A DNA stretch of 64,000 nucleotides from Vitrella brassicaformis CCMP3155 (lineage: Eukaryota; Protista; Chromerida): the NCBI GenBank assembly GCA_001179505.1, contig CDMY01000840.1, positions 186,001 to 250,000 of the forward strand, written 5' to 3'. Positions 1-10,575 of this stretch are shown here, piece by piece. The position numbers were made by a program, and so were the translations under genes. Position 1 is the stretch's first letter; every line of letters begins with the position of its first letter. A model generated the notes under the pieces. The model made no database searches, was not told the DNA's origin, and saw only the letters and a program-made list of their open reading frames with translations.

Positions 1-343
1 CTGCCGGAGTCCAGCTGTTATGATAAATGCATGGATCCACCCGATCCACGAACGTACACATAGATATGCATGCATTAGCTACACCTTGCCACGCTAGCTA
101 CGGCGCACGCGGGCGCCACTTACCACCCACCCCCACCCCACCTGCTTGCTCTACTCTACTTCCTTCCTTATTAACACCCATCCACCCACCCGTCGAACGA
201 ACCACCAAGCAACCAAACAGACAATGAATACACTGACTACATGGCATGCACATGATGTGATTGATGCATACCGAACACTTGCTTGCAAAAGACCAGACCC
301 CGCCCACACGACTCACCCTAGGGCCCAAGCGCCCCCCACTACA

Positions 344-981
344 CTACCCCCTTCGCCGCTTGATGCCTGTGTGTCGCTGCCCGTCCATCGACCGCTTGAA
401 GCCGCCGTCCTGTGTCCGCTTCTTCTTGCGTGACACTGATGCGGCAGCGGAGGGGCCGCGACACGCTCGGACCGGTCGAGGGCTGCAATACCAGCACTGA
501 GGTACAGATGCAGCCAGCCCCACATCGGACGGGGGATGGATGGATGGATGTGGAGTGATGCTTCCTCACCTACCTTGAGGATGTTCTCGCATCGGGCTAT
601 CTGCTCAGCGATGCTTGCTCTCGCCATCCGTGTGAGCGCAATCAGAGAAAGGGCCGGCCCACTGCAACACAGACACACACACACACACACACAAACACAT
701 TGCCCGGCGTGGGCCATTCATTAGTCACGACTGCGTCCTCCATCTGGGTCACATACCTCTGCTCATCGCCGCCGCCCGATGACACGTGTGTGTCGGTGTC
801 GACGAGCATTTCATGAGTGAGGTGCAGCCGGCTCGAAGCGTCAGGCTTGATGTAGATGTATGCCGTGTGCCGCTCGCCCGACCCGAGCATCGTCATGGGG
901 CAGCGACGGGCCAGCTCGCCACACAAACCAAAACTGGACACCAGATCTGACCGATGAACACAGACACCACACCCACATACA

Positions 982-1015
<34 letters not shown>

Positions 1016-2390
1016 GCCGCGGCGTGTGCACCGCACTTAATTACTCGGTCGGTATGACACGTAGACGATGGCGGTCTGTGCGCTGTTGAATAGCTACACA
1101 AAGCAGCGGATCATCCACTGGGGCATTGCCAGGTCGAAGCTCACAACGTGGGAGACCGGCTCGAGCGACGTCAGCTCAGTGGCATCGCGATTCATGAAGG
1201 CCACGCGCGCAGCAGCGGGCACACCAGTGGTGGTCGGCGTGGCGTCTCCAGAGGACTCCTGAGAAGACAATAGATGGAATAGCAGGGGGGGAATCACTGG
1301 TAGTCACTGCGTACCAGGTGTCGCTTCGCCTTGTGGAGGATGCCCAGCAGGTGTCTGGTCGCAAGCATGTAGCTGTTGGTGTCGACCTCAACGCCGACTG
1401 TGTGCACACACAACACACGCACACAAACAAGGGGTCACAGATCAATCTCCCTTGGATGGCATCCATGTGTGTGCCGTGCCGTGCCGTGCCGTCTCACTCC
1501 TTCACTCCTTCATTCACTCACTCACTCACTCGATGCCGCGATTCTGAAGTGGCTGGCTGCAACGATGTTCGGGATGCCGCGCCCAGAGCCGATGTCCAGC
1601 AGCACAGAGTCCTTCAGGATAAGCATAGCAACCAACACACAAGCAACCATGTATCGTCAGTCACGCCACACCATTGCCACTGCCCTGCCCTGCCCTGCCC
1701 TGCGACGCTCACCTCGCCCATCTGGAACTCCGTTCTGAGGATCTTGAGCAGGCGGAGCAGACTGCCCTCACTGTTCTCGCCATACATCCCTGAATCAACA
1801 TGGATGGCACAACAAAATTGCAATGAGTGAGTTAGCCACAAGCAATTGCATGATGCTGGTCTGCGGGGGCTGATACCTTACCTTCGTCAGACGTCATGAT
1901 TCTGGACGCTTCCCCACAGAAGAGCTCCTTGTGATCATACAAGGGGGCATCCGGACCGCAATGCAGACTTGGGCCCACACACCCAGCCGCCGGCATCTTG
2001 GTGCGGGTGAAACGCCGCAGCAAAGGGGTGTGCACAAGGGTGCTTCTCCAGTGGCTATGAGAGGGACGAACAAAAGGAAGAAAAAGAAGGAAATGAGCTG
2101 CAGTTGCCGACAGTGATGGTGGTTCGTGAAGCTCACTTCAGGCAACGTCCGCACGACAGGGACGAACGTCAAATGATGAGTCGAAGAGGGTTCAGGGTTT
2201 GATACCCTGTAACCCTTGTCGACTGCCGCAAGCGCATTGCATATCCACCTGTTTGCTGCATCTGCCCTCTGCGTGCTGCGTGTTGCGTGTCCGGGTTGCA
2301 TGTTAGGGTGCGTGTTTCATGTTGGACAGACTGACTACATCCAACGTACGGCAAGAACAAAGCCTTTTCCTCTGCGGTGACGCAGACCAT
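344..2390 (-). CDS. DOT1: DOT1-like histone H3K79 methyltransferase (multi-exon; in-frame TAG at 1094-1096, so possibly a pseudogene or assembly error)
   Basis: Spliced exons give MYGENSEGSLLRLLKIL (DOT1 YGE motif, ~1775), VLLDIGSGRGIPNIVAASHF (SAM motif I, ~1545-1615), GVEVD (motif II), then SHVVSFDLAMPQWMIRCFV*LFNSAQTAIVYVSYRP and GSGERHTAYIYIK, plus a basic tail (RKKKR, KRRRG). Start and end are approximate. Confidence 0.75.
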
Positions 2391-2671
2391 CTCATCGGTC
2401 GATCATCTCAATCACATGGGCACCAATAAAGACCAGCAGCAACACGAACACGGCATTCACACACACACACGCCCACCCCACACACAAATCTAATCACATC
2501 GATCACCAGCCGCCCTCACAATAAAATTGCAAAGCCGGAAGGAAACACGCAAAACTTCGGCCGGCCACAGATGCGTGGCCGAATGCTCCATCTGTCTGTC
2601 TACTCACTAACTCGCCCACTCACATACACCGTCCCCACAATCCATGCAGACTTGCGCACTGTCTGTCTCAC

Positions 2672-4638
2672 TCAGCATGGCGACAGGATGACCCGCTCTC
2701 CATCGTCGGGCAGCTTGTCCACTAGAGTGCGCCGCAACTTGCCACTAGATATCGAATACTCCAACAGACGATTCTAGTGGACAGCCACGCACACACACAT
2801 GACACACGGCCGTCCAGTGCGTTTGTGATGCGATGGGCGGTGTGCTCTAGATATCGCCTGGCTCCTATTCTGTTGACTCACCGTGGCTTGTCCGATGACG
2901 TAGAGAGAATCGCCGTACGACACCATGCCGGCCGGGTGGCGCAGACTCGGGTCGCTTATCACCTACACACACGATGCACGTGCCGGGCTTGCCTTTCTGC
3001 TTGTATCTCTCCACCCACCCCACCATGCGCCCACACTCAGTGACCTGTATCAGTAGGTGTGTCTGGGCTGAAAACTCATAGAGGGAGTGCCGCTTGACGC
3101 TGCCAATCCACACCGAATCCCTGGGACATACAAACACACTCACATGCCCTCCCTTGTGTGTATGCCACCCATGGCCTGCCCGCCTCACACACCTCAGCAG
3201 ACCCAACACACCTGTCGAAGCAGTAGAAGACGCTGATGGGTTTCTTGACGGGCAGCCGGCCGAGCAAGGCGCCTTGGTGGTTGTAGAGCAGCACCCCCAG
3301 GTCCTTGTTGGCCACGTACAGCACGCCATACTTGTCAAACGCCACACCACGGATGCGACCTGCACACAGAGAGAAAAAGTGCATGTCTCTGTCTGCGCGG
3401 GAGTGGTGAGTGGGTGTGTTTTCCCTCCTGTGTGCCGTGCCTTTCTTGGCCTTGAACTTGACAAAGGTCCCCGGGTCGAGCTTGCTCTCATATTCCTGCA
3501 CCCATTCAGCCAGCCACGCCACAAACACGACAATGGCATCCATCCACCACCCACATCCCATCGTAGACCCGCACTCACCTTGAGCACCGGCGCGACGGGC
3601 CCCGGCAGGCCGGTCTCCACGTCATAGCGCACCACCTCATGTGAGTTCTGGTTGCTCACGTAGAGATACCCGTCCCACTGGGCGAAGCCGTATGGGTGCC
3701 ACAGACCCTCGTTGTGCGCCGACCGCCGGGTCAGCACACGGACGTACTCGCGCTGGCCCTTGCTCTCGGGCTGACATGGACCGTACTCGACAATCTTGCT
3801 GTCCTGACAGAGAGAGAGAAAAACGACACACACAGTGTGGAGTGCAGACGAGCTGGTGTGCGATTGTCTGAGGCTTACGTACGTATCGGTATGCCTCGGC
3901 AACAAGCAGATGTCCGTCGCTGAGCATCATCCCCCGTAGCTCCCGCAGCTTGTGCGGCCCCGTCATGAGCACGGTGCCGAGGTTGCACCCGTCCCTCGCG
4001 TAGCGCACCACATTGTGCTCGTCGCCCGTCGACCCGCCGTGGAAGGTCACATACAGGTAAGGCGGGCTGTAGCACCCTCCTGGCGGCCGGACGTGCCGCA
4101 TGCCCTTCCACTGCTTCTTGCTGATCAGCTCACTGTGGAGCTCACTGTGCCCACTGTCACTGCCGAACGATGCTGCTGCCGTGAGATTGCTCCTTGACCT
4201 TGACGCCCGCATGATGCCATTGCCATTGTCATTGTCAGAGGAAGCCTCAGCAGATAAAGGCGGGTTGAGCTGATGCAGCTCCCATGGTTTGCCATCAGAC
4301 GGCTGCCAGCGCACAGAGGCCGCCGATGCAGCAACAGGAGGACCGTCATTGTTCCCCATGTGCTGCATCCTGCTGAGGGGGGGACGGAGGAACGCGATGA
4401 CGGACGCTGCGATGAGGGTGATGGAGATGAGGGCGGCCGCGATGAGCCGGGAGGGGGATACGGGCTGGTCTGCGGAGGGCAGCAGACGCGCTAAGGACGA
4501 AGATCTCATGAACGACGACATTATTGAGAGAGATCTGCGTCCTGAGAATATATTGAGCTTGCAGGAATCCCGCTCGCGGATTGGACTCATTGCAAACGAT
4601 GCTGGAAGGGACACGCGCGCGCGACTGTGTGCTGGCAT
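2672..4638 (-). CDS. Type II membrane protein with NHL/SMP-30-like beta-propeller ectodomain
   Basis: One hydrophobic helix (LIAAALISITLIAASVIAFL) followed by propeller-blade repeats: LRELRGMMLSDGHLLVAE, LWHPYGFAQWDGYLYVSNQ, IRGVAFDKYGVLYVAN, LRHPAGMVSYGDSLYVIG. Last exon ends ...RVILSPC-TGA (2672-2674). Start is ATG 4638 or 4590. Confidence 0.7.
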
Positions 4639-4766
4639 GCATTCAATCCATCAAAACTGGTTCTCCGCTGGCAAGTCGGCAGCCTATGTCCATGCAGTAA
4701 GCTACGAGAGCTACCTCTCATCCGTTGATTCCCTTCATCCCTCTGCTATGCTATCACCTTTATCAC

Positions 4767-7635
4767 TCACCTGCTCGTCTTCTTGCCTCCCTTCCTGCCT
4801 CCCCCGCCAGCCCCCGACCCCCTGCCGCCCTCCTCCTTCTTCTCGCCCTCCTTCTCCCCCGTCCAGTACAACACGTACTTGATGTCACTCCCCTCGCCCC
4901 GCTCCTCCTTCTCGCGCTTCGCCCGCTCGATGAAGTCGCTGGCCTCGCTGTCCTTGGGGAACGACTCGCAGCGGCCGTCGGGAAGGCAGACGGTGATGGT
5001 GTTGTCCGGGAAGCCCGTTATGGGCGCGTCGATGAACGGCCCCTTGCGCATCCCGCGGATGACCGTCTTGCGGTACGTGCTGGCCTCCTGGGTGGTGGCG
5101 TGCGTCTCCAGTTTGCCGAGGTCTCGCTTCATGATCCATGTGGATGGGTGCGACTGGCGGCCGCGCTTGCCCTTGCCCTTGCTCTTGTGGTGCGGGGGGT
5201 GGCCGGCAGCCGATGGGGCGAGGTGCGCCGAACCTGAGACAGGGAGAAGGCAACACACACGGACAAGGGCTGTGTCAGAGAGCTGGCCGTCTGCCCCCTC
5301 TCTCTCGCTCTCTCTTTTTCCGTGCGCACCCGAGGATGAGCCGCCTGCAGCAGCAGCTGCGGCACCACTGGCACTACTGGACGCCCCCACCCCCTCCCCC
5401 GCCCCCTGCTCCGTCTCGGTGTCGCCGAACAGCTCTGTGTGGATGTCCTGTGTGAGCAGCTCGGGGGCCGGCTTGCCGCCCATGGTGTCCTCCGATGGGG
5501 TGTGGTACTGGTCTGCGAGTGAGGGGTGGCTCAGCACCTCGTCCACTGTGGGGCGAAGCTCGGGGTCCCGGTGCAACATGCCCACCAACTGGATGACAGA
5601 CACACACAGACAGCACATGGATGGATGGATGGATGATGAAGTCGTGTCTGTCTGTCTCTGTGTGTGTGCGGGGGGGGGGGGGGGGNNNNNNNNNNNNNNN
5701 NNNNNNNNNNNNNNNNNNNNNNNNNNNNNNNNNNNNNNNNNNNNNNNNNNNNNNNNNNNNNNNNNNNNNNNNNNNNNNNNNNNNNNNNNNNNNNNNNNNN
5801 NNNNNNNNNNNNNNNNNNNNNNNNNNNNNNNNNNNNNNNNNNNNNNNNNNNNNNNNNNNNNNNNNNNNNNNNNNNNNNNNNNNNNNNNNNNNNNNNNNNN
5901 NNNNNNNNNNNNNNNNNNNNNNNNNNNNNNNNNNNNNNNNNNNNNNNNNNNNNNNNNNNNNNNNNNNNNNNNNNNNNNNNNNNNNGGGGGGGGGGGGGGG
6001 GGGGGTTGCCTACAAGTCCTTTGAAGTCTCCCGGCAGGTTCTCTAGCTCCGCCAACTTGGCTACGACAAAGGGCATGTAGTTCTGCACCACACACACACA
6101 CACACACACACACGAAAACGGTGCATCTTTCCTCATCCGCGCACGACAGCGGGCCATGTGATGGCTCACGGTTGTTTCCTTGATCTTGGAGATGGCCTCC
6201 TTCCCAACCACCACCACAAACACACACGCGGCGAGCGAGAAGACATCACACTGAGACAGGGAGGGAGGGAAAACATGTATGACACACCACACAAACAAGT
6301 GCCAACACACCCACACCCACACATATATTGGATAGGGTGCATTGCATTCCACCAGCTAAACTGACCGGCTTGGCGCCACAGAAGGGCACGATGCGGTCCA
6401 TCTGCACCAGCTCGCGTGGCGAGTATCTCGAGTCTCCCTCTATGGTACGCTCTACGTCAGCCGGCACCACCCGGCCATAGTCTATCAGCACCCACGCCCC
6501 GTTCTCGACACGAACGAAGTTGTCTGAGGCAGGGAGGTCACACACACACACACAGACACACAGACAAAGGGATGGATGGACTGCCACCTGATCTTGCCTC
6601 CCTCCTGGTGCGATGGTGTGTGTAGGGATCTTACCTGGTTTGATGTCTAGGTGTGCCAGGTTGTGTGTGTGCAGGAACTTGATGGCCAGGGCACCCTGCA
6701 ACACGATGTTGGGCAACTCCTGCATATATCGGAAAAGGGGGTGTGATGCAGGGTGTGTGTGTGTGTGTGTTTCTCCCTCTCCCACACCCGCTCCCCCACC
6801 CACCGATTCTAGTATTTTCCTGGTGCAGAACTCGTCCATCATGGTGTGGCTGCCCAGCTGCATCTGAACGCAGATCTGAGTGCCGTAGTCTGCACACACA
6901 CATACACACCGACACATTAACACAGACAGACAGACAGACAGACAGATGGATGGATGGATGGATGTGTAGGGTTATGATGTCATGTCATGTCATGTCATGT
7001 CGTCTTACTTTCCAGCCAGCACGAGTTGACCTCGAGTATCTGTCGGGGGAGGTCGTCCTTCATGGCCAGCTCGGCGAGGAACTTGCCCTCACGCATCATG
7101 AACAACGCGTCACGCTCACCTGCATACCCAAAACAAACACACCATCAAAACACCACACCACAATGGATGGCACTTCCCGCCCCGCCCCGCCCCGCCCACC
7201 TTCCAGCTCCCTGGACAGCTTGACGGCGTACGGGTTCTCGCCATATTTGTCCTTCACCCTCTTGACCTCCCCATAGCTGCCCTTGCCTATCTCCATCTGA
7301 CTCCCGAAGTCCTCCTTGCACCGGCTCGGCATCCCATAGTCGTCCACATCGGCGACCTCCTCGCCCAGGATCCCATCATCCATCTCGCCGCCCATCCCAA
7401 AGTCGTCGGCGGTGGCTGCAGACGCCACAGCGGCGGCGGCCGACAGGCGGGATCTGCGGTGCTGCTGGTGGTGCTGCTGGTGCTGGTGGTGGTGGAATGG
7501 GTGATCAACGTCCATCGGGTCATCCTCAGGCTGACGGTCCTCCTCGAAATTGAACTCCGTGTTGACCTGGACCTCTCGGGCGGAACGCCGAATGCGAAGA
7601 CGGCTGGGGCTAGGAGGGGTAGGCTCATCCTCCAT
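4767..7635 (-). CDS. WEE1: Wee1/Myt1-family protein kinase (catalytically intact)
   Basis: IGKGSYGEV (Gly loop), YAVK, HLDIKPDN, IDYG, EGDSRY (Wee1/Myt1 activation-segment signature), CDVFSLA, MLHRDPELRPT; His/Gln-rich N-terminus. The 3' end may extend into a further exon. Confidence 0.8.
5686..5985. other. Assembly gap (300 N) flanked by G homopolymers, inside a kinase intron
   Basis: N run with 16 G before and 20 G after. Flanking exons join in frame (GDFKGL|LVGMLHRDP). Confidence 0.95.
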
Positions 7636-7764
7636 GTCTATCTATCGCCCTTTTCTCCTCCGAAAAGAAAACTGCGAGCCGAGAGATCCCCGCCCGGACG
7701 TCCTGGCCCTTTGGCGAGGAGATCTATCGGTGTTTTCCGGCTTATTGTAGCTTTTGTTGGCGAG

Positions 7765-10125
7765 ATGACGGATAGCAGGATTGCTCGCAACAGCAGCGAC
7801 ATGATGCCCCCTCCCGACCTCCCACTGGGGTATTCGCAGCAGCCCCAGCAGCAGGAGAACAACAACACCCAGGTGGACGAGGCGATGGGTGGCGGCGGAT
7901 ACGACATGTGCACCCCCATGGGTCATCCCCCCGTGCCACTCAACTGCTACGCCCGCAGGATGGGCCAGTCGGGCTCCGCCATGATGGAGAAGATGGACCA
8001 GAAAAAGTAAGTGTGTGACCTGACCAGCCAGCCAGCCAGGAGAGAGGAGAACGAAGAGACCACACACATCTCATCTGACCACAAACCTCATTTCTTATCT
8101 GTGTTGTGTTCAGGAAGATTCGTGAGCAGGCACGCAAGAAGGACGCCCGCGGGTTCCTCGAAGCGCCGCCGTTCCTCTTCTCGTCGACGGGCGGCTTCCG
8201 CCCCAACGACAAGCCGCCCTACGACGACGCCACCGTGCCGCGCATCGAGCGGCACTTCCGCTTAGCGGGGTGGGAGCGGTCTGTGCAGGAGCGGGTGGTG
8301 GAGGGCGTTAACTACGTGGACGGGCAGAAATACGCACTGCGCTTCATCGACAAGTTTAAAGGTCAGTGGGACGGGGAGGGTGATGGACGGGAGGACGAGA
8401 GGACGAGAGGGGGCTGGAGGTGTGGTGTGGTGTGGTGTGTGCAGGTAGCGCTGCTGTGAAGGCGTTTGGTGCGTTGGGCAGGGAGGGGAGTCGGGCGGAC
8501 TGCCCGTTTGTGATCCGCTTCTTCTCGGCGTGGGGCACTGGTAGGTCGCTCTCTGTCTGTCTGTGTGGGAGGGGAAATGTGCACATGTGTGGTGTGGGTG
8601 TGGCGCGGTGTGGTGCAGAGGACGATAGGTTGGTGCTGCAGTTCGAGCCCTATCTGCCCATCGAGAAGACCAAAGTCGCACACGACAGGATGCTTGAGGT
8701 GAAATCGACACTCTCATCCATCACACAAACACAACACACCAGCGGACGGACGGCTCGATAGTTAGCTGGATGGATGGATGGCTGTGCCTGTGTGCCTTGC
8801 GTCAGATCTTCCCGCCGATGTTTTACCAGTACCTGCACGCCCTCGTCTTCATCCACTTCCACAGCCACGTCGTAGCCAACATATGCCCAGGTCACACCAC
8901 ACCACACCACACCACACCACCCTGCACCGCACACCGATCCCCCACCTGTCAATCTGTTCCTTCTTTCCCATCAGCCCACCTCGGCATCGCCGCGAACCGC
9001 CGGGCGTCCATCATCACCGACCTGAGCCAGGCCCGCCACTTGGACTCCGGCAACTCTTCGGTGCAGTTGAGCGAGGAGGAAATGCAGTACGCTGATCCCC
9101 AGAGGAGCCCGAAGGACGGCTCCATGCGGCTCAGCTTCACACACACAGAGAAGGTGGGCTGATGGCGGGGTGGGCTGATGGTCGGGTGGGGTGCAGGGTG
9201 TTGGTGTGTTGGTGTGTTGGTGTGTTGGTATGTATGTTGGTGTGTGGTGTGGGTGTGTGTGTTGTCAGAGCGACATCTACAGTTTGGGTGCGAGTGCTTA
9301 CACCATCATTACGCAGAAGAAGCTGCCGACGGACGCGGATAAGCTCGAGGTCGGTGTGCCAGAGAAGAGAGAGAACACATGAATGAAACATCCATCTGCG
9401 GCATGTGTGGTTGCGGTTGTTGTGGTGGTCTGTATGTCAGCACGTGCACACGTCTGGCGACATCGAGAAGGACCTCAAGGCAAGCGGCAAAATCAATGAC
9501 GCCATCGTAGAGCAGGTGAGCATGACCCCTCACCCCACCCCTCCACACCTGCAGCATGGGCGAATGTAATGGCTGCAGCTGTTGCTGATGCTGCACCCGA
9601 CGCCTACGGATCGCCCCTCGGCCGAGGAGGTCCTGTACAAGCTTCGCCCCGACCTCCTCCCCCCCCGCCCCGAGCCCGTCTGCCTGCCACCCCAGACAGA
9701 GCGATACGTGCAGACGTACTGCAATGACGAAATCTGTGGCGTAGTCAAGACCAAAGGTCAGCACAGCACACAGAATGCAACACAACACACAACACAACAC
9801 ACAGATGCCTCTGGACACCCACCTGCTGCTGTCACTCACCTGCATGTGTTCATTCCATTCAGATGAGGCGAGCCCGTCGCACGGCCGCAGCCAGGCGAGC
9901 CAGATGCTGTACGACCTCCCCTGCACCCCGCAGGCCATGCGCGACCTCGCCGCCGAGATCGACCAGGACGTCGCCGACAAGGCACCCGGCGTCAACCGCG
10001 TGGTGGGCGGCGAGCGGGCCCGGCTGTTTGTGCATGAGATGGGGGGCGGGGCGGGGGCGGGGGACGGGGTGGGGGAGCCCGCCCACAAGAAGGCACACAA
10101 GGAGGGCGGCGATGGGCACAACTAG
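7765..10125 (+). CDS. Wee1-derived pseudokinase
   Basis: Ten or more exons splice in frame. DGQKYALR (K to R), VIRFFSAWGTEDDRLVLQFE (cf. Wee1 VVRYFSAWAEDDHMLIQNE), VVANICP (cf. VHMDIKP), ITDLSQA (cf. IGDLGH), FTHTEKSDIYSLG, MLHPTPTDRPSA. Ends TAG TGA TAG. Confidence 0.75.
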
Positions 10126-10575
10126 TGATAGAGGGATGGATGTGTGTGAGTGAGTGGGTGAGGGTTCGGACAGGCAGATAGAACGGCTTGGGACGGGCCA
10201 GGACGGGTGACTGACTGATTTGTTGACGACAGTGAGGGAATGGTTTGTTTACCTACCGGCCTATCACATCAACCAAACACACATGCAGCCACTGGTGTCA
10301 CGGCACGGATGGATGTGCTGGCAAAAATACAAAATACGATCGATCTCTGCACCGCGCCACACATCCGGTGGTTTCACATACACACACACATACACATACA
10401 CAAATGGCTCTGCGTCTCTTTCTCACCCACCCACACACACACACACATCATGAGCACCACCGAGTAGAGCAGAGCAACAGCAGGCAGGCCTCTCTTGCAC
10501 CAAACCAACAACAGAGCAGAGCAGCGCACCGACAGACGCCAGCAAGTGAAAAAGACACACACGTGCTGGCCTTAT

